Of a stretch of 64,000 nucleotides of DNA, positions 19,446 to 28,041 are shown piece by piece. This DNA comes from an uncultured Eubacteriales bacterium (GTDB lineage Bacteria > Bacillota > Clostridia > Oscillospirales > UMGS1783): the NCBI GenBank assembly GCA_934456365.1, contig CAKSHC010000005.1, positions 65,092 through 129,091 on the forward strand, in the 5' to 3' direction. How positions within the stretch are numbered: the stretch's first letter is position 1; every line of letters begins with the position of its first letter. The notes beneath the pieces were generated by a model. It did not search any database. It was not told the origin of the DNA and saw only the letters and a program-made list of their open reading frames with translations. A program made the position numbers and the translations under genes.

Positions 19446-20663
19446 ATGGCACGGTTTACTTTACCTCGCGATCTGTATCATGGGAAAGGCTCTCTGGAAG
19501 CGCTGAAAACCTTCGAGGGCAAGCGCGCAATGATTTGCGTCGGCGGCGGCTCGATGAAGAAATTCGGTTTTCTGGACAGAGCAGTCGGCTATCTGAAAGA
19601 GGCCGGCATGGAAGTGGAGCTGTTTGAAGGCATCGAGCCGGATCCCTCGGTGGAAACGGTCATGCGCGGCGCCGAAGCCATGCAGAAATTCCAGCCCGAC
19701 TGGATCATCGCCATGGGCGGCGGCTCGCCGATCGACGCGGCCAAAGCCATGTGGATCAAGTATGAGTATCCGGAAGTCACCTTTGAAGATATGTGCAAGG
19801 TCTTCGGCCTGCCCAAGCTGCGTAAGAAAGCGCATTTCTGCGCCATTTCTTCCACCTCCGGCACCGCAACCGAAGTAACCGCCTTCTCGATCATCACCGA
19901 TTATTCCAAAGGCATCAAGTATCCGATCGCCGATTTTGAAATCACCCCGGATGTCGCCATCGTCGACCCCGATCTGGCCGAAACCATGCCCAAGAAGCTG
20001 GTCGCCCATACCGGTATGGACGCGATGACCCACGCCATCGAAGCCTATGTTTCCACCGCCCATTGCGACTACACCGATCCTCTCGCCATCTTCGCCATCA
20101 AGATGATCCAGAACGATCTGGTCGATTCCTATAACGGCGATATGTCCAAGCGCGACACCATGCACAACGCCCAGTGCCTCGCCGGCATGGCCTTCTCCAA
20201 TGCTCTGCTCGGCATCGTCCATTCCATGGCGCATAAAACCGGCGCCGCCTTTGCCGACTACGGCGCCCATATCATCCACGGCGCGGCCAACGCCATGTAC
20301 CTGCCCAAGGTCATCGCCTTCAACGCCAAGAATCCCGAAGCCAAGAAGCGCTACGGCGTCATCGCCGACTACATGGGCCTCGGCGGCAAGAATGACGACG
20401 AAAAGGTCGCCCTCCTTATTGAGTATCTGCGCGGCATGAACGATGCGCTCAATATCCCGCATTGCATCAAGAACTACGGTCCCGACAGCTATCCGACGGA
20501 GCAGGGCTTCGTCCCCGAGGAAGTCTTCCTCGAGCGGCTGCCTGAGATCGCCAAGAATGCCATCGGCGATGCCTGCACCGGCTCCAATCCTCGTATTCCC
20601 ACCCAGGAGGAGATGGAGAAGCTGCTCAAGTGCTGCTACTACGATACCGAAGTGGACTTCTGA
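19446..20663 (+). CDS. Iron-containing alcohol dehydrogenase
   Basis: 'GGGSPIDAAK' and the metal-ligand His cluster 'HSMAHKTG...HG' are typical of the Fe-ADH family. Confidence 0.85.
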   Translation: MARFTLPRDLYHGKGSLEALKTFEGKRAMICVGGGSMKKFGFLDRAVGYLKEAGMEVELFEGIEPDPSVETVMRGAEAMQKFQPDWIIAMGGGSPIDAAKAMWIKYEYPEVTFEDMCKVFGLPKLRKKAHFCAISSTSGTATEVTAFSIITDYSKGIKYPIADFEITPDVAIVDPDLAETMPKKLVAHTGMDAMTHAIEAYVSTAHCDYTDPLAIFAIKMIQNDLVDSYNGDMSKRDTMHNAQCLAGMAFSNALLGIVHSMAHKTGAAFADYGAHIIHGAANAMYLPKVIAFNAKNPEAKKRYGVIADYMGLGGKNDDEKVALLIEYLRGMNDALNIPHCIKNYGPDSYPTEQGFVPEEVFLERLPEIAKNAIGDACTGSNPRIPTQEEMEKLLKCCYYDTEVDF

Positions 20664-20826
20664 TCGCAGCTCCTGAGCCCCTGATTTTCTTTCTTTCGCT
20701 TTTGCATAACAGCCGCCGGATTCCGGCCCCGGAAGGGGTTCGGAGCCCGTCGGCTGCCTTGTGCTCTTTCGCATAGACGGCTGCCGAGAATGCCCGGCAG
20801 TCGCCTTTGTGCACCGGGAGGTTTTT

Positions 20827-21360
20827 ATGGATCGCAATGAAAAAGGCCAGACCGAGGCCGAGTTTCTCGCCCAGTATGCTCAGAAAAACTATCCCAAACC
20901 CGCGCTGACGGCCGATATCGTCGTCTTCCGGGAGGAGCAGGGGAGCCTCTTCGTTTTGCTGATCCGCCGGAAAAACCATCCCTTCATCCACCGCTGGGCC
21001 CTCCCCGGCGGCTTTGCCGAAGCGCAGGAAAGCCTGCCGGAAACGGCAAAGCGCGAGCTTTGGGAGGAAACCGGCCTCTCCAATATCCCTCTGTCCCTTG
21101 TGGGCGTCTACAGTAAGCCCGGCCGCGATCCGCGCGGTTGGGTCGTGTCCGCGGCCTATTGGGCCCTTGTTTCGAAAGCCCTGCCCCTGCGCGCGGCCGA
21201 CGATGCCGCCCAGGCGGCCTGGTTCCGGCTGACCGAGCAAAACGGCAGCCTCGCGCTGGAAAACGAATCCCAGCGCCTCAATGGGGAAACACTTGCGTTT
21301 GATCATCTGGAAATTCTGTGCGACGCACACAGAAAATGGAAAATGCGCAAAAGCAGGTAA
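20827..21360 (+). CDS. NUDIX hydrolase (ADP-ribose pyrophosphatase-like)
   Basis: Nudix box 'GGFAEAQESLPETAKRELWEETGL', plus 'YPKPALTADIVVF' and 'LAFDHLEIL'. ATG 20827 follows a GGGAGG RBS. Confidence 0.8.
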   Translation: MDRNEKGQTEAEFLAQYAQKNYPKPALTADIVVFREEQGSLFVLLIRRKNHPFIHRWALPGGFAEAQESLPETAKRELWEETGLSNIPLSLVGVYSKPGRDPRGWVVSAAYWALVSKALPLRAADDAAQAAWFRLTEQNGSLALENESQRLNGETLAFDHLEILCDAHRKWKMRKSR

Positions 21361-21392
21361 TTTCAAATATTTTATTCCAGGAGGAAGGCTAC

Positions 21393-22241
21393 ATGTACAA
21401 GATCGTCAGAAAAAAAGAGCTCAATCCCACGGTCACGCAAATGGAGATTGAAGCGCCCCTGATCGCGAAAAAAGCGCTCCCGGGCCAGTTCATCATCCTG
21501 CGCGTCGATGAGGCGGGCGAGCGCATTCCGCTGACTGTCGCCGGCACCAATCCCATCGAGGGCACGGTCAAGATCATCTTCCAGGTCGTCGGAGCCACCA
21601 CCGAAAAGCTCAACCATAAGCGGGAGGGTGAATTTCTTCAGGATTTCGTCGGCCCCCTCGGCGTCGCCACCCATACCGAAGGCGTCAAAAAGGTCTGCAT
21701 CATCGGCGGCGGCGTCGGCTGCGCCATCGCCATGCCCATCGCGGAGGAATTCCATAAGCTCGGCGCCGAAGTCACCAGCATCATCGGCTTCCGCAATAAG
21801 GATCTCGTGATCCTGGAAGAGGAATTCAAAGCCTATTCCGATAAAATGATCATGATGACCGACGACGGTTCCTACGGCCGCCACGGCAACGTCACCGTCC
21901 CCCTCAAGGAAATGCTCGAGGCCGGCGAGAAGTTCGACCGGATCATCACCATCGGCCCGCTGATCATGATGAAGTTCGTCGTCGCCACCGCCAAGCCCTT
22001 CGGGGTGCCCGTCACCGTCTCCATGAACCCGATCATGATCGACGGAACCGGCATGTGCGGCGGCTGCCGCCTCACCCTCCATCAGGACGGGAAAACGGTC
22101 ACCAAATTTGCCTGCGTTGACGGTCCGGACTTCGACGGCTATGAAGTCGATTTCGATGAAGCCATGTCCCGCGGCAGAATGTATTTCGACTTTGAACGTC
22201 ACGCACACGAAGAGACCTGCAACCTCTTCAAAAAGGCATAA
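21393..22241 (+). CDS. nfnA: Ferredoxin-NADP+ reductase-like FAD/NAD(P)-binding subunit (NfnA / sulfide dehydrogenase alpha type)
   Basis: 282 aa with a PyrK-like C-terminal cluster 'GTGMCGGCRL...ACVDGP'. Paired with a GltD-like gene. Confidence 0.7.
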   Translation: MYKIVRKKELNPTVTQMEIEAPLIAKKALPGQFIILRVDEAGERIPLTVAGTNPIEGTVKIIFQVVGATTEKLNHKREGEFLQDFVGPLGVATHTEGVKKVCIIGGGVGCAIAMPIAEEFHKLGAEVTSIIGFRNKDLVILEEEFKAYSDKMIMMTDDGSYGRHGNVTVPLKEMLEAGEKFDRIITIGPLIMMKFVVATAKPFGVPVTVSMNPIMIDGTGMCGGCRLTLHQDGKTVTKFACVDGPDFDGYEVDFDEAMSRGRMYFDFERHAHEETCNLFKKA

Positions 22242-22255
22242 GGAGGAAGAAGAAA

Positions 22256-23638
22256 ATGGCTATCGATCCCAAAAAGCATGAAATGCCCGCGCAGGAGCCC
22301 GAAGTGCGCGCGAAAAACTATAAGGAAGTCGCCCTCGGTTATACCGCCGAGATCGCCGTCGAGGAAGCCAAACGCTGCCTGAACTGCAAGAATAAGCCCT
22401 GCATCCACGGCTGCCCCGTCAACATCGAGATCCCCGATTTCATCTCTCATATCAAAGAGGGCGATTTCGAGGGCGCCTATCAGGTGATTTCCCAGTCCTC
22501 CTCGCTGCCCGCCGTCTGCGGCCGCGTCTGCCCGCAGGAATCCCAGTGCGAAAGCAAATGCACCCTCGGCATCAAGTTCGAGCCCGTCGGCATCGGCCGC
22601 CTCGAGCGCTTCGTCGCCGATTGGCACAATGAGCATTCCCAGGAAAAGCCGGTTGCCCCTGCCTCCAACGGCCATCGCGTGGCCGTCGTCGGCTCCGGTC
22701 CCTCCGGCCTCACCTGCGCCGGCGACCTCGCCAAAAAGGGCTATGCCGTCACCGTCTATGAAGCCCTCCATACCCCCGGCGGCGTGCTGGTCTACGGTAT
22801 CCCCGAGTTCCGTCTTCCCAAGGCCATCGTCGCCAAGGAGGTCGAAACCCTCAAAGCCCTCGGCGTCGACGTGGAAACCAACGTCGTCATCGGTAAAACG
22901 CTCACCATTGACGAGCTCTTCGAAAACGGCTTCGAGGCCGTCTTCATCGGCTCCGGCGCCGGCCTGCCCAAATTCATGAGCATCCCCGGCGAAGGCCTCA
23001 AGGGCGTCTATTCCGCCAATGAGTTCCTCACCCGTATCAACCTCATGAAGGCCTATACCCCCGATTGCTCCACCCCCATCCAGCATGGTAAGCATGTCGT
23101 GGTCGTCGGCGGCGGCAACGTCGCCATGGACGCCGCCCGCTGCGCCAAGCGCCTCGGGGCCGACGTCACCATCGTCTATCGCCGCACCGAGAAGGAGCTC
23201 CCCGCCCGCCGCGAAGAGGTCGAGCATGCTATGGAGGAGGGGATCCATTTCCACTTCCTCACCAACCCCCTCGCCATCACCGGCGACGAGCAGGGCTGCG
23301 TGGCGGGTATCCGCTGCCAGAAGATGGAGCTCTCCGCTCCCGACGCCTCCGGCCGCGCCAAGCCCGTTCCCGTCGAGGGCAGCGAGTTTGATATGGAAAC
23401 CGACTGCGTCATCATGGCCCTCGGCACCTCGCCCAACCCCCTGATCAAAAACACCACCAAAGGCCTCGAAACCCAGAAGTGGGGCGGCATCATCGTCAAC
23501 GAGGAAACCGGCCTGACCTCCCGCGAGGGCGTCTACGCCGGCGGCGACGCCGTCACCGGCGCCGCAACTGTTATCCTCGCCATGGGCGCCGGTAAGGTTG
23601 CCGCCAAAGCCATCGACGAGTATCTCTCTCAGAAATAA
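22256..23638 (+). CDS. nfnB: NADPH-dependent glutamate-synthase-small-chain-like oxidoreductase (NfnB type)
   Basis: N-terminal 2x[4Fe-4S] region 'CLNCKNKPCIHGCPV' and 'CGRVCPQESQCESKC', plus two Rossmann motifs 'VAVVGSGPSGL' and 'VVVVGGGNVAMD'. Confidence 0.75.
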   Translation: MAIDPKKHEMPAQEPEVRAKNYKEVALGYTAEIAVEEAKRCLNCKNKPCIHGCPVNIEIPDFISHIKEGDFEGAYQVISQSSSLPAVCGRVCPQESQCESKCTLGIKFEPVGIGRLERFVADWHNEHSQEKPVAPASNGHRVAVVGSGPSGLTCAGDLAKKGYAVTVYEALHTPGGVLVYGIPEFRLPKAIVAKEVETLKALGVDVETNVVIGKTLTIDELFENGFEAVFIGSGAGLPKFMSIPGEGLKGVYSANEFLTRINLMKAYTPDCSTPIQHGKHVVVVGGGNVAMDAARCAKRLGADVTIVYRRTEKELPARREEVEHAMEEGIHFHFLTNPLAITGDEQGCVAGIRCQKMELSAPDASGRAKPVPVEGSEFDMETDCVIMALGTSPNPLIKNTTKGLETQKWGGIIVNEETGLTSREGVYAGGDAVTGAATVILAMGAGKVAAKAIDEYLSQK

Positions 23639-23648
23639 AGGAGTGTCT

Positions 23649-24593
23649 ATGAAAAAAGTAGTTGTTGCAGGCGGTGGCGTGCTCGGCAGCCAGATCGCCT
23701 ATCAGGCCGCTTACTGCGGGTTCGACGTTACCATCTGGCTGCGCAGCGAAGGCAGCATCGGCCGCACCCAGCCCAAGCTCGACCATCTGAAACAGGTCTA
23801 TGCCGAAACCATCGAAAAGATGGATACCCCGGAGGGTAAAACCTTCCAGAACTGGGCTCGCGGTATTGCGGACCTCGATACCTTCAACAAGGAAGAGTGC
23901 CTCGCCAAGTCCGAGCATGCCTATTCCTCGATCCGCCTCGAGCTGGATATGAAAAAGGCCGTGGAGGACGCCGATATCGTCATCGAGTCGATGGCCGAAA
24001 ACGTGGAGGATAAAAACGCCTTCTATAAGGCGCTCGCTCCGCTTCTGCCGGAAAAAACCATCCTCGTCACCAATTCCTCCACCCTCCTTCCCTCGAAGTT
24101 CGCCAAGATCACCGGCCGTCCGGAGAAGTATCTGTCCCTCCATTTCGCCAATTCCATCTGGAAGAACAATACCGCCGAGGTCATGGCCCAGAGCCTGACG
24201 GATCCCAAGTGCTTCGACGAGGTCATGAAATTCGCCGGTGAGATCCGCATGATCGCCCTGCCGGTGCGCAAGGAGAAGGCCGGATACCTGCTCAATTCCA
24301 TGCTCGTCCCCCTGCTCTTCTCCGGGATGGACCTCTATGTCAACGGCGTCTCGGATCCCGAGAGCATCGATAAAGCCTGGGAGCTGGGCACCGGCGCCCC
24401 GAAGGGCCCCTTCCGCATCCTCGATACCGTCGGCCTCACCACGGCCCACAATATCGTCAAGATGTATCTCAAGGTTCCCTCCTTCCTCGCCCCCTACAAC
24501 TTCAAAGGCATGGATAAAATGCTTAAGGAGTATATCGCGGCAGGGAAGCTCGGCATGAGCTCCGGCGAGGGCTTCTATAAGTACGAGAAATAA
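23649..24593 (+). CDS. 3-hydroxyacyl-CoA dehydrogenase family protein
   Basis: Rossmann motif 'KKVVVAGGGVLGSQIA' and C-terminal 'GMSSGEGFYKY', typical of the Hbd/HADH family. Confidence 0.75.
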   Translation: MKKVVVAGGGVLGSQIAYQAAYCGFDVTIWLRSEGSIGRTQPKLDHLKQVYAETIEKMDTPEGKTFQNWARGIADLDTFNKEECLAKSEHAYSSIRLELDMKKAVEDADIVIESMAENVEDKNAFYKALAPLLPEKTILVTNSSTLLPSKFAKITGRPEKYLSLHFANSIWKNNTAEVMAQSLTDPKCFDEVMKFAGEIRMIALPVRKEKAGYLLNSMLVPLLFSGMDLYVNGVSDPESIDKAWELGTGAPKGPFRILDTVGLTTAHNIVKMYLKVPSFLAPYNFKGMDKMLKEYIAAGKLGMSSGEGFYKYEK

Positions 24594-24614
24594 TTCTCCG
24601 CATGGAGGTGCTTC

Positions 24615-25226
24615 ATGGCACGCAGCGAAATCGCAAGAGCCACCTTGGGCCGGCTGCCGCTCTACCTTCGCTATCTGAAGGGGCTGTCGTCGGATTCCCC
24701 GAATATCTCCGCCACCGCCATCGCCAAAGATCTTGAGCTGGGCGAGGTGCAGGTGCGCAAGGACCTATCCGCCGTCTGCGGCGCGGGAAGACCGAAAATC
24801 GGCTATGATGTCGCAGCTCTCTGCGAAAGCATAGAGCACGCGCTCGGCACACATACCGAGTGCGAGGCCGTCATTATCGGCGCCGGTAAGCTCGGCATGG
24901 CTCTGCTCGGATTTTCCGGCTTTCTGGAGTATGGGATCAGCATCTCGCGGGCCTTCGATAAAGACCCCGCCAAGCGTTCCTCTACCGTACTTCCCCTGGA
25001 GGAGCTTTCGGCCTATTGCCGCCGCCACCAGGTCGAGGTCGGCATCATCGCCGTTCCTGCCGAGGCTGCCCAGTCCGCGGCCGATGCGCTGGTCGAAAAC
25101 GGCATCCGTGCCATCTGGTGCTTTGCCGCCGAAAAGCTTTCCGTTCCCGAGGGCGTGACCGTCCAGTATGAAAATCTGGCCTTGTCGCTGGCTCATCTGC
25201 ACCAGAAAGTCAAGGGCACTTATTAA
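24615..25226 (+). CDS. rex: Redox-sensing transcriptional repressor Rex
   Basis: 'TLGRLPLYLRYL' wHTH N-terminus and the Rossmann motif 'VIIGAGKLGMAL'. Confidence 0.85.
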   Translation: MARSEIARATLGRLPLYLRYLKGLSSDSPNISATAIAKDLELGEVQVRKDLSAVCGAGRPKIGYDVAALCESIEHALGTHTECEAVIIGAGKLGMALLGFSGFLEYGISISRAFDKDPAKRSSTVLPLEELSAYCRRHQVEVGIIAVPAEAAQSAADALVENGIRAIWCFAAEKLSVPEGVTVQYENLALSLAHLHQKVKGTY

Positions 25227-25231
25227 AAAAA

Positions 25232-25264
25232 GGACCGACAGGAGCTCCTGTCGGTCCTTTTTTA
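25232..25264 (+). terminator. Rho-independent terminator after rex
   Basis: Stem ggaccgacagg / cctgtcggtcc with loop agct, followed by ttttttt. Confidence 0.85.
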
Positions 25265-25355
25265 AGTGCGGAAATTTATAGATTCATCCCGGTTTTTTCG
25301 GATTTCCTTTTCGGAGAACTATGCTATAATCAGGAAAGAAAGGGGAGTCTTTTTT

Positions 25356-27551
25356 ATGTGGAACCGTTCGTTTTATCCCGAAACCCGGCACGATGATACG
25401 CCGGAAGAAGTCTATTACAATAAAACCGCCCGCTTCGGCTCCTTCCTCGAGGAAGGCAGCGCCTACCGCATCGAAACCCGCCAAACCCCTCGCCCCTGGC
25501 TTTTCTACCTCTGCAACGATAAGGTGCGCTCCTGCGTCGCCGCCGACGGGAAAGGCTTCCTTTGGCAGGTCCGCCGCGGCGCCGTCACCAAGTATTGGGA
25601 GTACAACTACCTCGTCCGCGACGTCAACGGCGCCCGCCGCCTCTGGATCAACGGCACCGAATTCTTCGAAAATGCCTCCGATTTCTCCGAAACCGTCCGC
25701 CCCGGCTGTGCTGAGTTCTCCGGCAAGGTTGGCGAGCTTTCGGTGAGCGTCCGCCTCTTTGTCCCGGAACGCTTGCCCGGCGAGCGCTGGCTCGTCCGGA
25801 TCGAGGGAGCCAAAGCCCCCATCCATGTTGTTGCCGCCATCGATTGGATGGATTTCGAAGCTCCCCGCCTCGAGCAGTCGGAGCTCGCCGTGATCCACGA
25901 AGCCTCGGCCGGCGGCCTCTTTACCGCCGATTCCGTCCGCGGCATCCATACCCTCCGTAAGGTCGAAAAAGACCACCTCGACCGCGACCGGATCATCACC
26001 GAAACCTATCTCGATGCCGTCCTTTTGCCGGAGGCCCCCTCCTGGTGCGTCACCTGCGGCGCCTTCGAAACCGAAGAGGAAAAACAGGAGCTTCTGCAGA
26101 CACCCCATCCCGAGGAGGAGCTGGCCGCCGTCCTCCGGGGCTGGCAGGAAAGAATGGAGCGCAACCGCTGTGAAATCCCCGAGAAAAACCTCGAGCGCTT
26201 CCTCAATGTCTGGCTGAAAAACCAGATCTTCCTCATCCATCGCTACGACCGCGCCGTCAATGCCTATGGCTACCGCGATTCCCTCCAGGACGCCTGGGGC
26301 AGCTGCCTCGTCGATCCCGAAGAGGCCGTCGACCGGATGCTGACCACGCTTTCCTATATGTTTGCCGACGGGCGCTGCCCCCGGTGCTTTCAAACCCACT
26401 CATCCTGGATGGATCGCAATGATTTTGCCGATTCCCCCGTCTGGGCCCCCGCCGCTTTGTATGCCTATATCTGCGAAACCGGCCATGCCGAGGTGCTGGA
26501 TCAGGAGATCGGCTTCTGCGAAAGCGACGAGCGCTCCTCGGTGATGGACCACCTTTGGCGCAGCCTCGATTATCTCTACCATGCCCGCGGTGAAAACGGG
26601 CTCCTTCTGATGCGCGGCGGCGATTGGGCCGACGGGCTCGGCGGCATCAACCGCTACGGCGACGGCGCCACCTCGGTGTGGCTCACCATCGCCGCCTACT
26701 GGGCGCAGGGCTTTTTGAAAAAGCTCTGCCTGCTCCGCGGCGAAACGGATCGCGCCGCCGAGCTGGAGCGCCGCTCGGCCGAGTATAAGGAGATCGTCAA
26801 CCGCGTCGGCTGGGACGGCAGCTGGTACGCCTACGGCTTCTTCGCCGACGGCGAGCCCATCGGCTCCCACCGGAATCTGGAAGGCAAGATCTGGCTTAAC
26901 CCTCAAACCTGGGCCATCTTCACCGGCATTGCCGACCAGGCAAAAACCGAGAAGATCCAAAAGGCCATCCATCGCTATCTCTTCACCCCCTTCGGCTCCA
27001 TGGTCTGCTACCCGCCCTACGTCAACCACGGCGCCCGCTGCGGCCGCGTCCAGCGCCAGCTCCCCGGCACCTTCCTCAACGGCTCGGTCTATAACCACGG
27101 CGCCACCTTCCAGGTCTTTGCAGACCTCGCCCGCGGCGATTCGGACGACGCGCTTGATACCTTCCTGCGCGCCCTTCCCAACCACCCCGATAATTCCGAT
27201 TCCCAGCGCACCAGCGAGCCCTTCACCGTTGGCAACGTCTACTACGGCTCTGCCAACCCCCGCTACGGCATGAACCTCTTCTCGTGGTTCACCGCCTCGC
27301 CCGATTGGCTTATCCACGCCGGCTTCGAGGAAATGCTCGGCGTCAAAGCCGGATTCGACGCTCTGGAGATCAGCCCCCATCCGCCCACGGACTGGAATTC
27401 CTATACCGTCTGGAAAACCTGGCGCGGCACCCGCTATCGCCTCGATTTCCAAAAGTCCGATTCTCCCCGCATCCTCGTCGACGGCATCCCCGTCGATTCC
27501 AACCGCGTCCGCTCCACAGCGAAAGAATGCCGCGTGCAGGTTTTCTATTAA
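25356..27551 (+). CDS. GH94-like glycoside phosphorylase (cellobiose/chitobiose-phosphorylase superfamily), copy 1
   Basis: 731 aa. 'TPRPWLFYL' corresponds to TP-x-PW-x-NYL, 'GGDWADGLGG' is the catalytic Asp region, and 'FLNGSVYNHG' is the phosphate-site region. ATG 25356 follows an AAAGGGGAG RBS, and an extended -10 TGcTATAAT lies at 25322-25330. Confidence 0.65.
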   Translation: MWNRSFYPETRHDDTPEEVYYNKTARFGSFLEEGSAYRIETRQTPRPWLFYLCNDKVRSCVAADGKGFLWQVRRGAVTKYWEYNYLVRDVNGARRLWINGTEFFENASDFSETVRPGCAEFSGKVGELSVSVRLFVPERLPGERWLVRIEGAKAPIHVVAAIDWMDFEAPRLEQSELAVIHEASAGGLFTADSVRGIHTLRKVEKDHLDRDRIITETYLDAVLLPEAPSWCVTCGAFETEEEKQELLQTPHPEEELAAVLRGWQERMERNRCEIPEKNLERFLNVWLKNQIFLIHRYDRAVNAYGYRDSLQDAWGSCLVDPEEAVDRMLTTLSYMFADGRCPRCFQTHSSWMDRNDFADSPVWAPAALYAYICETGHAEVLDQEIGFCESDERSSVMDHLWRSLDYLYHARGENGLLLMRGGDWADGLGGINRYGDGATSVWLTIAAYWAQGFLKKLCLLRGETDRAAELERRSAEYKEIVNRVGWDGSWYAYGFFADGEPIGSHRNLEGKIWLNPQTWAIFTGIADQAKTEKIQKAIHRYLFTPFGSMVCYPPYVNHGARCGRVQRQLPGTFLNGSVYNHGATFQVFADLARGDSDDALDTFLRALPNHPDNSDSQRTSEPFTVGNVYYGSANPRYGMNLFSWFTASPDWLIHAGFEEMLGVKAGFDALEISPHPPTDWNSYTVWKTWRGTRYRLDFQKSDSPRILVDGIPVDSNRVRSTAKECRVQVFY

Positions 27552-27558
27552 AAGCCGG

Positions 27559-27587
27559 TTGACAAACCCCCCGCAACTTGGTATCAT
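27559..27587 (+). promoter_or_regulatory. Promoter of tRNA-Gln
   Basis: TTGACA (27559-27564), 17-nt spacer, extended -10 TGgTATCAT (27579-27587), ending 15 nt before the tRNA 5' end. Confidence 0.6.
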
Positions 27588-27601
27588 AATCAGGTATGGA
27601 T

Positions 27602-27677
27602 GGGGGTGTAGCCAAGCGGTAAGGCAACGGACTTTGACTCCGTCATTGCGCTGGTTCGAATCCAGCCACTCCTGCCA
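27602..27677 (+). tRNA. tRNA-Gln (anticodon UUG)
   Basis: Folded by hand. Acceptor GGGGGTG/CACTCCT with two G-U pairs; U8 and A14 present; D-arm GCCA..AGGC. Anticodon arm ACGGA-CTTTGAC-TCCGT with TTG at 27634-27636. T-arm GCTGG-TTCGAAT-CCAGC, and an encoded CCA. Closely resembles the Bacillus tRNA-Gln as recalled. Confidence 0.85.
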
Positions 27678-27682
27678 GAAAA

Positions 27683-27711
27683 AGCACTTAGCGTTAAGCT
27701 AAGTGCTTTTT
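27683..27711 (+). terminator. Rho-independent terminator after tRNA-Gln
   Basis: Stem agcacttagc / gctaagtgct with loop gttaa, followed by tttt. Confidence 0.8.
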
Positions 27712-27976
27712 CAGTTCTATTCGCCTTGCAGCAAGTGAGCTCGCATCGCAGGGATAGTCGGCTTTCAGCCGAGCGGTATTTGCTTCGCGAGCTTAAGGGT
27801 GAATGGAGCACCTCTGCGACGAAGGCGCAACATCACGTTTGCGAAAACAAAAACATCACGGGGAGCAGTATATCAAAATAAGATACATCAGAATGTATTT
27901 TTCTTCTTCACATATCTCGCCTCCCGCCATCCGATCCGTGAAAAACAAATGTTTTTTAAAAAGAATCTTTAAAGGC

Positions 27977-28005
27977 TTGACTTCTTTTTCTTATAGTGAT
28001 ATATA
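27977..28005 (+). promoter_or_regulatory. Candidate promoter of TasA-like paralog A
   Basis: TTGACT, 17-nt spacer, extended -10 TGaTATATA, within an AT-rich leader. Confidence 0.55.
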
Positions 28006-28041
28006 TATGAGTTGAAATTATTACAAAGAGGAGTGATTCTC

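Noticed and set aside
20664-20826. GC-rich hairpins between adh and the NUDIX gene (ccggattccgg, ccccggaagggg, ggctgccg..cggcagtc), considered as a possible riboswitch or attenuator.
   Set aside because: No conserved riboswitch core is recognisable, and there is no T-tract after the stems. It is most simply a weak terminator or a structured intergenic spacer, which cannot be resolved by eye.
27590-27811. A 73-aa minus-strand ORF.
   Set aside because: It overlaps the tRNA-Gln gene and its terminator, and has no RBS.
27803-28015. A 70-aa + strand ORF in the AT-rich leader of paralog A.
   Set aside because: The only purine-rich stretch lies 2 nt from the ATG, too close to serve as an RBS. The composition follows the AT-rich DNA, and the ORF runs through the predicted paralog A promoter.
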